From Octopus sinensis (taxonomy: Eukaryota), in the NCBI RefSeq assembly GCF_006345805.1, contig NW_021834611.1, positions 1 to 52,785 on the forward strand: a stretch of 52,785 nt of DNA, read 5' to 3'. The notes beneath the pieces were generated by a model. That model saw only the letters and a list, made by a program, of their open reading frames with translations. It searched no databases and was not told the origin of the DNA. Of this stretch, positions 11,350 through 22,980 are shown piece by piece. Within the stretch, counting starts at the first letter, position 1, and the number at the start of each line of letters is the position of its first letter. Made by a program: the position numbers and the translations under genes.

Positions 11350-11720
11350 GTATTGGCAAGATAAGAAAGTTCATTTTCGGCACTTGATGCTTTGGGAATC
11401 AGACAAAAATTGCTGCAGCTCGGCTGCATATTCACCAGATATTGCTCCTTCGGATTTTCACTTATTTAGGTCCCTGCAGAATAGTCTTAATGGTAAAAAT
11501 TTCAATTCCTTGGGTGACGTAAAAGGATACCTTGATGAATTCTTTGCCATGAAACCACTTCAATTCTGGGAAGAGGGTATTTTCAAGTTAAATGAAAGAT
11601 GGAGATCATTGTGAAACAAAATGGTTCATATTTGGTTGATTAAAAATGTAATGGGCAAGTATTTATTGACCTTTTTCTTTCCTTTAAAAATCGGCACGAA
11701 CATTCCGGACAACCCAACAG
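11350..11720 (+). mobile_element. Mariner (Tc1/mariner) transposase C-terminal remnant
   Basis: AYSPDIAPSDFHLFRSLQNSLNGKNF...KLNERW (mariner YSPDLAPSD motif); mirrored at ~33,918-34,290. Confidence 0.88.
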
Positions 11721-12425
11721 ATGCTGAAGCGTTGCAACAGTTGTCCAGTGTTACCATCCTCCTCTTTGGTTTCCAAAGAGATATTCATGCGAGCAAGACC
11801 GGAGATCTCTATGACAGTTTTTTCATTTTCTTGCTTGCTTCAAGTTATGTTATCCGACCGGTTATTTTTACATTGACAGATATTCTGATGTTAATATTCC
11901 ACCAGCATTCGTTTCGTTGATGTCTATGTATGTATGTAACAACAGGGTTTCACTATATACATTCCAGGACAATCTTACTACCGGAATGGCATTGTTTCTC
12001 TTGTGTTGGCGACAACGTCGTGTCGCATAGGGCGGTAGTACCTTGATATTTTTTGGTAGCTGTTGATCCTATGTGTGATGTCTTCAAAAGTAACAGGATA
12101 TAATGGGGAAATAGAATGTCCACAATCAAGCGATACTGTTGCAAGTTTCCAACGGTTTTTCTTTCGTTCACTTCAAACAGTTGAAGTTTGATTCTGAAAA
12201 TCTGTTCCGGCCATCCCCACACTCGCTTCTTTTCACCTTCCTGTACATCAGTCATCATGTCGTTGGACTCGAAATGGTAGTGAAGGAATGTGGCAGCATT
12301 CAGTTTGTGCATAATGTTTGGGCAAGAAATGAGCCAATAGCTTTCTGTAAACTCTGTGCTTTCATTCTGGGCTGCCGGCTTTGTTGTGTGTCAATGTGAC
12401 CTTCCACACACACACACACATACAT

Positions 12426-13090
12426 AGGTGCAGATGTGGCTGTGTGGTAACAATCTTGGTTCCAAAACACATGGTCCTCAGTTCAGTCCCACTGTGTGGT
12501 AACTTGGCATGTGTCTTCTGCTATAGCCTCAGACCAACCAAAGCCTTGTCAGTGGATTTTGTAGACAGAAACTGAAAGAAATGAATTGTATATATATATG
12601 TATATATAAATGTAAGTCTATGAGTGTGTCTTTGCGTTTCTCCCTCATCACTGCTTCACAACTAGTGTTCGTTTATTTAAATCCCCATAACTTACTGGTG
12701 TCAGAGGAAACTGATAGAATAAGTACCAGGAATATCAAAATAAAAAACCGACTATGCAGTGTCTCATATTTTTGTTTGCCCAGTTGTATCTATCAATTTA
12801 TCTTTGTGTATGTGTGTGTATGTATATATATGGATTTCGTAGACAGGAACTGAAACAAATCAATCTTATATATATGTATGTATATATGTAAGTGTATGTG
12901 TGTATCTTTGTCTCTGTGTTTCACCCTCATCACTGCTTCACAACTGCTGTTCATTTATTTACATCCCTATAACTTATTGGTTTCACAAGAACAAACTAAT
13001 AGAATAAGTACCAGGCTTATCAACATAAAAAAGCACTAGGCTGTGTCTCATATTTTTGTTTGCCCACTCAGTTGTATCTATCAATTTATC
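12426..13090 (+). mobile_element. Degenerate tRNA-derived SINE with tandemly repeated 3' portions
   Basis: Head gtggctgtgtggtaa...gttcagtcccactg matches the head of the copy at 44,565-45,020; 3' module repeated (~12,630-12,760 and ~12,910-13,040); mirrored at ~32,545-33,213. Confidence 0.75.
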
Positions 13091-13092
13091 TT

Positions 13093-13124
<32 letters not shown>

Positions 13125-14485
13125 ACACCCTAATGGCGGCCTTAACTCCCAAATTTTAGTCATGTCTATTATGATCCAAAACTAGGTCAAAAGTACTGAA
13201 TGGATCTTTATGAAATTTGGATATTATATTCTATGCATAAGGGCCATAACCTCCATGACAATTCATATATTTTTCCTGTTGATAATATTTTAAACGTAGA
13301 TATTAGACACAAATGAAGTAATTTTTAAAAAATTTCATCTTCTTACAAGTTAGAAAGACCCCTCCATGGGGACTTAACACCCACAATTTTGTCATTTTAT
13401 CTAAGCAAAAACGAATACAGTTGTGCTCTTAGAAGCTGTAGGGTTACCAGAGCATAAAAGATGAGCATTATTTGTAATTCAATGGTGCAAAAGTGTAACA
13501 GTTTGCTTTCACATACACTTACATCGTGATTTCTGCAATGTGCTGCATAAATTGTCAAGTAAATGACAGGCATCTTTGCCTCCACTGCTTCAGTTGCAAA
13601 GTGTTGAGTAAAGTTATTTGATTGCAGACCTTCTTTCAGTCTTTTTATTATCACTGGGTCACACATAGTCCCCAGATGGTAACACTGATTTCAAGGCCTT
13701 CCCAGATGAGTGACTTGTTATTCAAAGACGTTTATAGATTGCAAATTTATTCTGCCCAGTTACGTATCAGTGTAGTGGTCATTTGCCATCTCCACAGGTG
13801 ACATTTTCATTTCTCCTTAGCCCTCACGTCACACAGTTGTTAATGTTTATTTCAGTTGGGTCACGCCCTTCCAATTGCTATAGATCCATAATGCATCTAA
13901 CGGCTGTGCCTGTCACCTGGATGGTGAGAAAGCCTACTTTGGAAGTGGTAACGACTAGGGTAGGGTAGCTGACCGCTTATTGTGATCATTCGTCTTTTCG
14001 TTTCCTGTAGCTTTACTGTCTTTTACAAACCCAGTGAACATATATTTCCTATTTCAAAGAAATTCAAACAATAGTTATAAGACCCAAGTTAAAAAGATTC
14101 TCAACAATGCAACTTCTCTTCCTGACATTAAGACACCCACGCCCAACAGGGGCCTTAACTCTCACATTTTAGAGCTCCATGATCTTCATTTTTCAGGAGC
14201 AAAATCCTTTTAACAGGTTCGATAAGACTGGAATTTTGGAATATGCGCATAAAATTCAGTAGTATGGGAGACATGTAGCACGATTACAATTTTTTTAGGG
14301 TGTGTAAAGAGGGAAAGAACGCTCATCTGCAATTTTGAAGAAATTCGAATCATAGGTATTCCAGTTCATTACAGAAAATATAACAGAAAAGTCTAATTCT
14401 CCAATTGCATGTAACACGAGCAACGCCGGGTATCTCTGCTGGTTTAATAATATTTTGTATTCTCTACTATATTTTGTATTTACAG

Positions 14486-14621
14486 TGCAAGGATTAAGAG
14501 AAGTGCATGTTTAAAAAGAGGATGTGCGGGTCAAGGAGCAAATAAAAGGTGTGTATGCTGCCCCGGTTACGAGTGTATACGAACCAGAGATTATTGCTCG
14601 TGTGTTAAATATAAGGCCTAA
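14486..14621 (+). CDS. Cys-rich secreted peptide, copy 1, coding exon 3 ((S)ARIKR-SACLKRGCAGQGANKRCVCCPGYECIRTRDYCSCVKYKA*); full precursor 82 aa
   Basis: tattttgtatttacAG| acceptor; phase 2; KR dibasic site, then a 39-aa 8-Cys domain; same framework as 30,931-31,144; AATAAA at 14,798-14,803. Confidence 0.87.
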
Positions 14622-14976
14622 ATTAATACGACGAATGTATTAATACGAAGAACTGAAAATGGTAAAAGAAGAGAAAATCTGCAAACCATAACTTACAACT
14701 GTGACTTTTCTTACAACCCAACTTAATACGACGAATGTATTTAATATCTAATATATTTATGCTATTAATCCGTCAAATTTTAATGAAATTCCAATGAAAT
14801 AAAAATATTAAAGCATCGCAAGTCCTTGGTGTTTCGTTATTCGCTGTGCTATTTGTTTGTAATCTATTGAAACGGTAAGAAAATCTCAGTGCTTCGTTCT
14901 TCGCTGTGATATTGGCCTTTAAATTATGTATATGGATGTTAAGATTTTACATTGCAATGTCACACAATATTATTGT

Positions 14977-15026
<50 letters not shown>

Positions 15027-15282
15027 AGCGATGGGCCATATACCCCAGAAATAATCATGTGCTCAGTCGCATCCCGCGGTGATTGGTGAGATGACGTAGC
15101 TGCAGAGGATGGCCAACGACCTTTGTTGCAGCTGCCACGCAACATCCCGTGTTGCACTTGGTTTGATGAGGATTTTTCTGTAATTCCTTGAAAGTTGGAC
15201 GACCACGAAGTCTCGTACATTTTCTTGCAATATTGTAGAAAAAATGTCAAATATTGAAACCCACACATACATACACTCACAC

Positions 15283-15337
<55 letters not shown>

Positions 15338-15472
15338 TAAATTAGAGATAAAACCACTTTTAGGCAAATCAAACAATGAAAAACTTAAGCCAATACAGAA
15401 AATTAATTAATTTAAATTATTTTAAATATATATCAAAAGTATTAAAAGATTAATAAAAGATAATGATTAAAA

Positions 15473-15541
15473 CACTACGATCGTTTCATGTCTGTCCAAT
15501 TCGTAATAATTCGAGTTATGGTTACAGTCAATCTTCAGGTG
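15473..15541 (-). ncRNA. Type I hammerhead ribozyme motif in a Penelope-like/retrozyme repeat
   Basis: Minus strand: cac-CTGAAGA-[stem II]-GAAAC-GATC-GTA-gtg; stem III ACGATCGT is palindromic. Confidence 0.65.
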
Positions 15542-15604
15542 ATTGAAATATCTAAAATATAATCAAAAATATTTAAACAATATTTTTAAGATATAAATAA
15601 TATA

Positions 15605-16193
15605 ATAACGTAAGGGGGATCAGCCATCTGAATGTGGCTAGGGACAGGGCGGGGTGGTGGGGGTGTTACTGATGCATTTAGCCCCAGGCGATCATCGACG
15701 TCACCAGAAGGACCGACACCATGACGGTGTCCTTGCTAGCCTGTAAAGGGAGATCAGCCTCCCCGAAGATACGGATACTACATACGGACCGGTTTCGAGG
15801 TAATTGCCTCTTATCAATGCATGGTAAGCACCGTTCTTCGATGAGGGACTCTCTCCACAGGCTGCATATATAAGGATTTTCACAGTAACCACAGTCACTG
15901 ATGTAGAAAAACCGTTCGAAAACAATAATAAATCTCTGAGCGAGATATAAACAGTAATTGCTCTATAACTGCTGTAGTATCCGTATCTTCGGGGAGGCTG
16001 ATCTCGCTTTACAGGCTAGCAAGGACACCGTGATGGTGTCGGTCCTTCTGGTGACGTCGATGATCGCCTGGGGCTAAATGCATCAGTAACACTCCCACCA
16101 CCCCGCCCTGTCCCTAGCCACATTCAGATGGCTGATCCCCCTTACGTTATAGAGCAGTTACTGTTTATATCTCGCTCAGAGATTTATTATTGT
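15605..16193. repeat. Compound inverted repeat: a (15,605-15,782) / a' (15,973-16,150) and b (15,922-15,969) / b' (16,146-16,193)
   Basis: 178-bp arms with ~3 mismatches; 48-bp arms with 1 mismatch. Confidence 0.93.
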
Positions 16194-17724
16194 AATAATA
16201 TAATAATTTTACTTATAATAAACTCTATTATCAAACTAGAAACATAGAACTTAACAATTATGATTATATCAAAATCGACTATAATGTTAAATATTAATTT
16301 TAATTTATAAGGTAGGAAACCCACCCATAATCTAATTTCGGTATTAGTCTATATCTAATTACATAAATATTTAAAAATGACTAATATATATAAATTATCA
16401 ATGAAAATATATAAATGTATATAAATATTATAATTAAGATCTAAAATAATCTCTATAAATAAATGTATATGCACATATAATAAAAACCTAATAAATTTAA
16501 TTTTTCATATTTAAAGATGAAATAGCTAATTTCAAAATATAAATAAACAAACTTAAACGAATTTTCGGAAATCTTATGTAAAATACTTTTAGAAATAATT
16601 CATTCGTAGTAATATAGTATCGAATAAATACTATAAATACTATAAATATAATTATCAATGGGAATAACTAGCGAATATCTATTTAAAGAAATAACTAAGT
16701 TAAAACAACGATATTTACATAAGGGGAATATTATTACTCCAAAGACTTATACAATATTAAAATTTACAATTTGAAGATCTTAAATAAATACATACTTATC
16801 TTAGCGAGGTTTAGCAATGAACTAAAATTTTGAATCGGAAAACGTCTTTACAGCGTTTATTAGAATACTCTCGTAATTACGTTATTAGCAAAAAAAAGAA
16901 TAAATTGTTGAAGAATTCAATACGGGTGAGGAACCTACGTTTTATTAATGATTGTGAATGGGAAAATTATTTGTTTATCATTGTAAATAGAATGAAGTCA
17001 CAAATAAAGAATAAAATCTCTCTATACTATAATATTATTTAATAAAATAACTATGATAAATGAAACTTAATACAAAATAAATTAATGATTTAAATGATTA
17101 AAAACCACTAATTATTAAATATATTCTAAAAATCTTATGAGATTAATAAATATATAAAAATTTATTTATATAGTAACCCCTCAACATACTATAAAGTCTT
17201 TCCCATGCCTTTATAATTATAAGCTAAAATTAGTGATCATAACCAAAACTATAAATACTTATCAAAATTTGTAGTATAACTATACATACGTATACATAAA
17301 TATATAAAAAAAATATGTATACATATATATATACATATATATATACATACATATACATATACATACACATATACACATACATACACACATACATACATAT
17401 ACATATATACACACATATATACACACACATACACGCATACACATCTTCACACTCATACATACATGTACATACATACAATACTCAATATATACACTTACAC
17501 CTATATATACACACCCACACACATACACATAAATAAATGTATATACATATACATATATATACACACATCATCATATACACATATATACATACACACACAA
17601 CCACATATATCATATAATAAATACATATATAAATGTCTATAATCATACTACAATAGAAAATAGAGGTAAATATTAAGTTAAATCTAAATAATTAATCTAC
17701 TAATCTATACTTCTATATATATAT

Positions 17725-17805
<81 letters not shown>

Positions 17806-17813
17806 ATATATAT

Positions 17814-20800
17814 GGTTGGTTGGCATCCTTTTTGTCTCGGGAGACAATGGAGTTGCGCATAAAATAGTCCAGTCCGGCTTTTACATTTCGTGTCCTGATA
17901 CATTTCCTGCCGTGGCTGTGTAGTCCTATCCTGGACAAACACTCCCTCTGGCAGGTGCCGCAAATGTAGCGAAGACTGTTCCTGGCTTGTTGTAGTGTCA
18001 TAGTTTCTTGTTGACGTCTTTTCTTGTCTTTCCATTTCTCCTCTCTCTCTCTCTCTCTGTCACTCCTTTGTATTCCCTCTTTTACGGTACGTCGCCAATC
18101 TCCAAGGTTGCTGGCAATTGCTTCCCAACTGTTAATATTGATGTTGCAGGCCTTCATGTCCCTTTTGCAAACATCCTTGTAACGTAAGAACGGTCTACCC
18201 CAGAACTAGTGCCCCTTGCAAGCTCTCCGTAGAGTATGTCCTTGGGGATTCTGCCATGTCCTTGGGGATTCTACAGCTAACATGCCCAAGCCATCTCATA
18301 CGTCTTTGTGTGAGGAGTGCAAACATGCTTGGTATTCCTGCTTGCCTGAGGACATCTTTGTTGGGGATAGGATTCTGCCATTTGATGCGGAGGTTTTTCC
18401 GGAGGCAGCGCAGGTGAAAGATGTTTAGGCGACGCTCTTGGCGTGTGTATAGCGTCCAAGTCTCACTTCCATACAGTAGAGTGCTAAGTACACATGCCTG
18501 GTAGATCTTCATTTTCGTGGTCTTGGTCAGCTTATTGTTGTCCCATGCCCGTTTGTATAGTTGGGCCATCGCAGCAGCTGCCTTGCCAATGCGTATATTG
18601 AGCTCAGCGTCAAGAGATAGGTTGTAGGTGACGGTAGAGCCAAGATAGGTAAACTTCTCCACCTCCTGTAATCTGTGGTCTCCAATATGTATGTTTGGGA
18701 TGTCCGATGTAGCCTGACCCATGATGTTGGTCCTCTTAAGGCTGATAGCTAAGCCAAAGTCGTTACATGCTTGCTCAAAACAGTTAATGAGCCTTTGAAG
18801 GGTTTCTTCTGTGTGTGATACCAGAGCGGCATCATCAGCAAATAGCATCTTCTTGATCAGGACGTTTCTGATTTTTGTCTTGGCACGCAGGCGCGAGAGA
18901 TTGAACTATTTCCCGTCACTTCTACAGTGCAGAAACACTCCATCATCTGATGTCTGAAAGGCATGGGAGAGCAAGAGCGAGAAGAAAATGCCAAATAATG
19001 TAGGAGCGAGGACACAACCTTGCTTTACCCCGTTTTTTATTTGGAAGGCGGCTGGTGTTGAACCATTGTGCTGTATGGTGCCTTGCATATCATCATGGAA
19101 AGACTTGATGATCCTCAGCAGCTTTGGAGATTTTTTGGAGTAGGATGAAGAGGCCTTTTCTACTTACCGAGTCAAAGGCCTTTGTTAGATCAATGAAGGT
19201 CATATATAGTAGTATTTTCTGCTCTCTGGACTTCTCCTGAAGTTGGCGTATGGAGAATATCATATCAATAGTTCATCTGCTTCTTCTAAAGCCACACTGC
19301 GATTCTGGATAGATTCGAGAAGCAAGTAGTTGTAGCCTGGCCAGGATAACGCGAGCAAAGGTCTTTCCAACAGTGCTTAGAAGAGATATTCCACGGTAAT
19401 TGTTACAATCACCACGGTCACATTTGTTTTGTAGAGCGTAATGATGTTAGCATCCCGCATATCCTGAGGGACTGTACCCTCTTCCCAGCACAGACACAGA
19501 AGCTCATGAACGTGCCGAAGCAGGATGGTGTTTTTGCAGGCTTTGATGATCTCTGAGGGAATGCCGTCTTTTCCCGGAGCCTTGTTACTTGCTAGGGAGT
19601 CAATAGCCTTGGTGAGCTCTGCTATAGATGACGGACTGTCAAGTTCGCACATGACTGGCAAGATCTTGACACTCTCGATTGCAGCCTCAGCTACTGTAGT
19701 CTCCCGTGAGTAGAGATCCTGGTAGTGCTCCACCCATCTATCCATTTGATTGCTTTGATCCCTGATGAGATCTCCAGTAGTTGCTTTCAGAGGGGCCGAC
19801 TTGGTTGCGGATGGACCGAGGGCATTCTTCAAACCGGCATACATCCCACGGGTGTCGCCCCTGTCAGCTGCTGACTGGATACTCTGACAGATTTCCTGCC
19901 AATACCTATTTGCACAGCGTCTGGCTGTCAGTTGGGTTTTATTTCTTGCCTTTCTGAGTTCTTCGAGTGACTTTGTAGAAGAATCACTCTTGTATTGCAT
20001 CAGAGCTACACGCTTTGCTTCGATAACTGGCTCCAGCTCTCAGAGCCCAGCATTGAACCAATCTGGGTTTTGCCTTTCTCTTATGCCGAAAGTATCTATT
20101 GATGTGGTATACAAGCTTCCCCGATATAATTCCACCTACCTTCAGCAGAGGAGGTTGGGCAGCTACTGAGGGCAACCTTGATAGAAGCAGCAAAACATTT
20201 TCGCAGTGTAGGGTCCGAGGTTCTGGCAGTATTAATGCGTGGTCGGCCCACTTTTTTGGAGCGATGGACTTTTTTAGGCAGAATCCTCACCCTACTTCTA
20301 ATAAGTGAGTGGTCTGTGTCACAATCCGCGCTGTGGTAACTGCGGGTCTGTAGAACAGAATTCAGAAAGGATTTCCGTGTAATGATGAGATCCAGCTGAT
20401 GCCAGTGGTGGGATCTTGGATGTTTCCAAGATGCCTTGGGGGATGGCTTGTTGGTAAAGAATGTGTTTGTGAGGCACAGGTTATGGTATGTGCAGAATTA
20501 GAGTAGTCTCTGACCATTGTCATTCATAATGCCAATACCAAAGTGTCCAACACAAATGGGCCACGAATCATGGTCAGATCCCACGCGAGCGTTAAATTCC
20601 CCTAGAAGGTAGATATTTTCAGTTGTTGGTATAGTTTTTATGACACAGTTGAGATCTTTGTAGAACTGGTCCTTGGTCTCCTCTGAGCTGTAGAGAGTGG
20701 GAGCATAGATGCTGAGTAGATGTACTGAGCCAGAAGAAGTCGAGAGGCGCAGTGAGAGAATACGCTCAGTGCCTCCTGATGGTGGTTCTATTGAGGAGAG

Positions 20801-21574
20801 TAATGAGTTTCTCACTGCAAAGCCAACGCCATAATGACGAGGTTCTTCTGGATCGCTTCCCTGCCAAAAGAAGGTGAAATCCTGTTCTTTGAGTTTGCCG
20901 TTTGAGGGAAGTCTTGTCTCCTGTAGCCCATCAATGTCTATGTTAAGCCTCTTTAGTTCACGGTCAATGATGGCTGTTTTCCTTGTGTCTTCAACCCTGG
21001 GTAGATCATCAGATATTCCAGAGCACATGGTTCTGACATTCCAGCTAGCCAACCGCAGGACTGGTGGTTTCTTGTGTTTTTTAGTTGTTTGCCTGGTGCA
21101 GAGGTTGCAGGCCGCTTTTCAAGCCATACTCTTAGCTCCAAGCACCCAATGAAGCAGGCCAATCTGAATGGACTTATCACACGTGACTGTTACCTCCCGT
21201 GTTGTTTCTGCAGCTTTCTACAGCAGCACTGAAGTGTCCTTTCCAGTTTTGCGCAGGCCTGGGCTAGATATAAGAAAGTCCTGGGTAACCCAATCGTCAG
21301 GTTTCCTCTCTCGACCTTGCTGATGTATTCCAAAGGAGTGCAGAGCATTACGTTTGGCACCAGCTTGGTTGCAGGAGCTGCCGGAAGAGTGTCGAGTTGA
21401 ACACTAAACCGCCTTCGGGGCTCCACTCTGGATTTCTTCGAAGGTTGTCTCCTTTCCGTAACCCTGGATAGGGGCCCATACTGGGTACTGTCAGCCGGAG
21501 CCAGCAGAGCCCGGGACTCTTGTCAGGCAGGGTCGTCACTCCCTGAAGTAGTGAAGAAGTTCGCTACCCACTAC

Positions 21575-21575
<1 letters not shown>
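17814..21575 (-). mobile_element. Near full-length degenerate RTE-clade LINE (APE endonuclease + RT)
   Basis: SWNVRTM, LQETRL, SIYAPT, LGEFNARVG, SDH (APE); NYRGISL, GVKQGCVLAPTLF, LFADD (RT); LLYGSETWT; (CCAA)n tail; many stops and frameshifts. Confidence 0.93.
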
Positions 21576-21639
<64 letters not shown>

Positions 21640-21640
<1 letters not shown>

Positions 21641-21800
21641 GGCGCATGAGTGGCAGTGTGGTAAAAAGCTTGATTCCCAGCAACGTGCGTCCGTGTTCAG
21701 TGCCACTGCGTGGTACCTTGGGGAGGTTTCTTCTACTATATCCTCGGACCGACCAAAGCCTTGTCAGTGGATTTGGTATACAGGAACTGAATGATTCCTG
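21640..21800 (+). mobile_element. tRNA-derived SINE head fragment
   Basis: aggcgcatgagtggcagtgtggtaa...gttcagtgccactgcgtgg...accaaagccttgtcagtggatttgg; same family as 44,565-45,020. Confidence 0.75.
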
Positions 21801-22202
21801 TAGTATGTATGTATATAGATATATATTAGCAGATATTAGCCCCTTGATAATATTCTCACATTGGCTCCTAAGTCTAACAATTTTACGTCTATTTTTTTCT
21901 TTGTATAATACTGCTCACTTGCTTAGTAAGTATTGCTTTCGTTATTTTATCACAGTCATAATCTCTTTTTTTAAGCAAACATCACGCGAGTCCAACAGCA
22001 AAGGGAGAAGTAGTTTGTAAAATTTTACCTTTCCCTCAAAGCAACATGGAGATTTCAGTCTAGCAGCCCTTCTGTAAGCATTGTCGTACGCGCGCGTGTG
22101 TGTCTGTGAGAGAGAGAGAGGGTCAGACAGACAGAGAACATTGCCAACAATGAATGAAATAAACATGATCTTCTTCCAATAAAAGCGGTTCTGTGGCATT
22201 TT

Positions 22203-22980
22203 TTACATACTATGCAATGTTGTTTTCTTCTGCCCTAATGCTGTGTTTGCATCCAATAAGTCCTCTTCCCCCCTCTTTCTTTTTCTTGATACATGCAGTC
22301 TGTCTGTGTCGCTCTTTGGGTGGAGTATCCCATATCTAGTCGTCAACTTCCTTATCTCTCTCTGTCTATGCTGTTTAGTTCGTCTACTCTCCATGCGATT
22401 ACCTCTGCTCCACATCTCAGGAATGAAACCGCCCAGTTGTTGATAGATTCAATCTTATTCCGTCCGTTTAATTTCGACTTAAGGATCAGTCTCAGTCTGC
22501 ACAAGTACTCCACCTTATGTTTTTCTGTCATTTCTTTCTCCATCAATTTATCCATTTCCAATGTCCCCAAGTACGTATAGTCCGTCTTTTCTATCTGTTT
22601 CATAACGTCCCTCAACGGTATCGCTAGCCCGTCCATACATTTGATTTTGCCTCTCTTCAAGACTAACACACCATACTTTCTCAGACCAGCTCCATTCTGA
22701 TATCAGCACTGAAACTATACATCGTATCAACGACGGAACTGACTTGGGATTCATCTTTACCATAAAGTTTGAGGTCATCCATGAATAACAAGTGGTTGAG
22801 ATTTTGTTGGCGGCTTTTGAATACATACCCAGCCTTTGCTTTCCTCAGAATCAGTATTAGTGGTATCATGCACAGTACAAAGATCAGTGGGGACAGGCAG
22901 TCCCCTTGGAAGATGCCTCTCCTGATTTCTATTGTCCTTAAACTTCTTCCATAGGCTGTCAGTGCCGTTGACGTAAGGCC
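22203..22980 (-). mobile_element. R4/Dong-like RT fragment (degenerate); mirror at ~51,000-51,790
   Basis: IFQGDCLSP, HLLFMDDLKLY, HPKSDTDRL. Confidence 0.82.

Larger units (their letters stand above)
1..15310 (+). repeat. Arm A of large inverted segmental duplication (partner 29,350-39,364); probably extends left of the window
   Basis: Position 1 (acttctccaggtttaatttc...) is the reverse complement of sequence ending at 39,364. Collinear reverse-complement matches continue to the (TA)n at ~15,300 / ~29,350. Mirrored ORF pairs appear in the track (e.g. 1745..2158+ / 37223..37636-, 11953..12312- / 33327..33686+). Confidence 0.96.

Noticed and set aside
14486-14621. Assigning the peptide to conotoxin, agatoxin-like, AgRP or defensin families
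   Set aside because: The Cys spacing (C-x-CC core) matches none that I can recall exactly; a database search is needed, so no symbol is given
15895-15925. Possible + strand hammerhead (ctgatgtagaaaaaccgttcgaaa); similar weak case at ~24,150-24,200 minus
   Set aside because: Core deviates from CUGANGA and no convincing stems I and III
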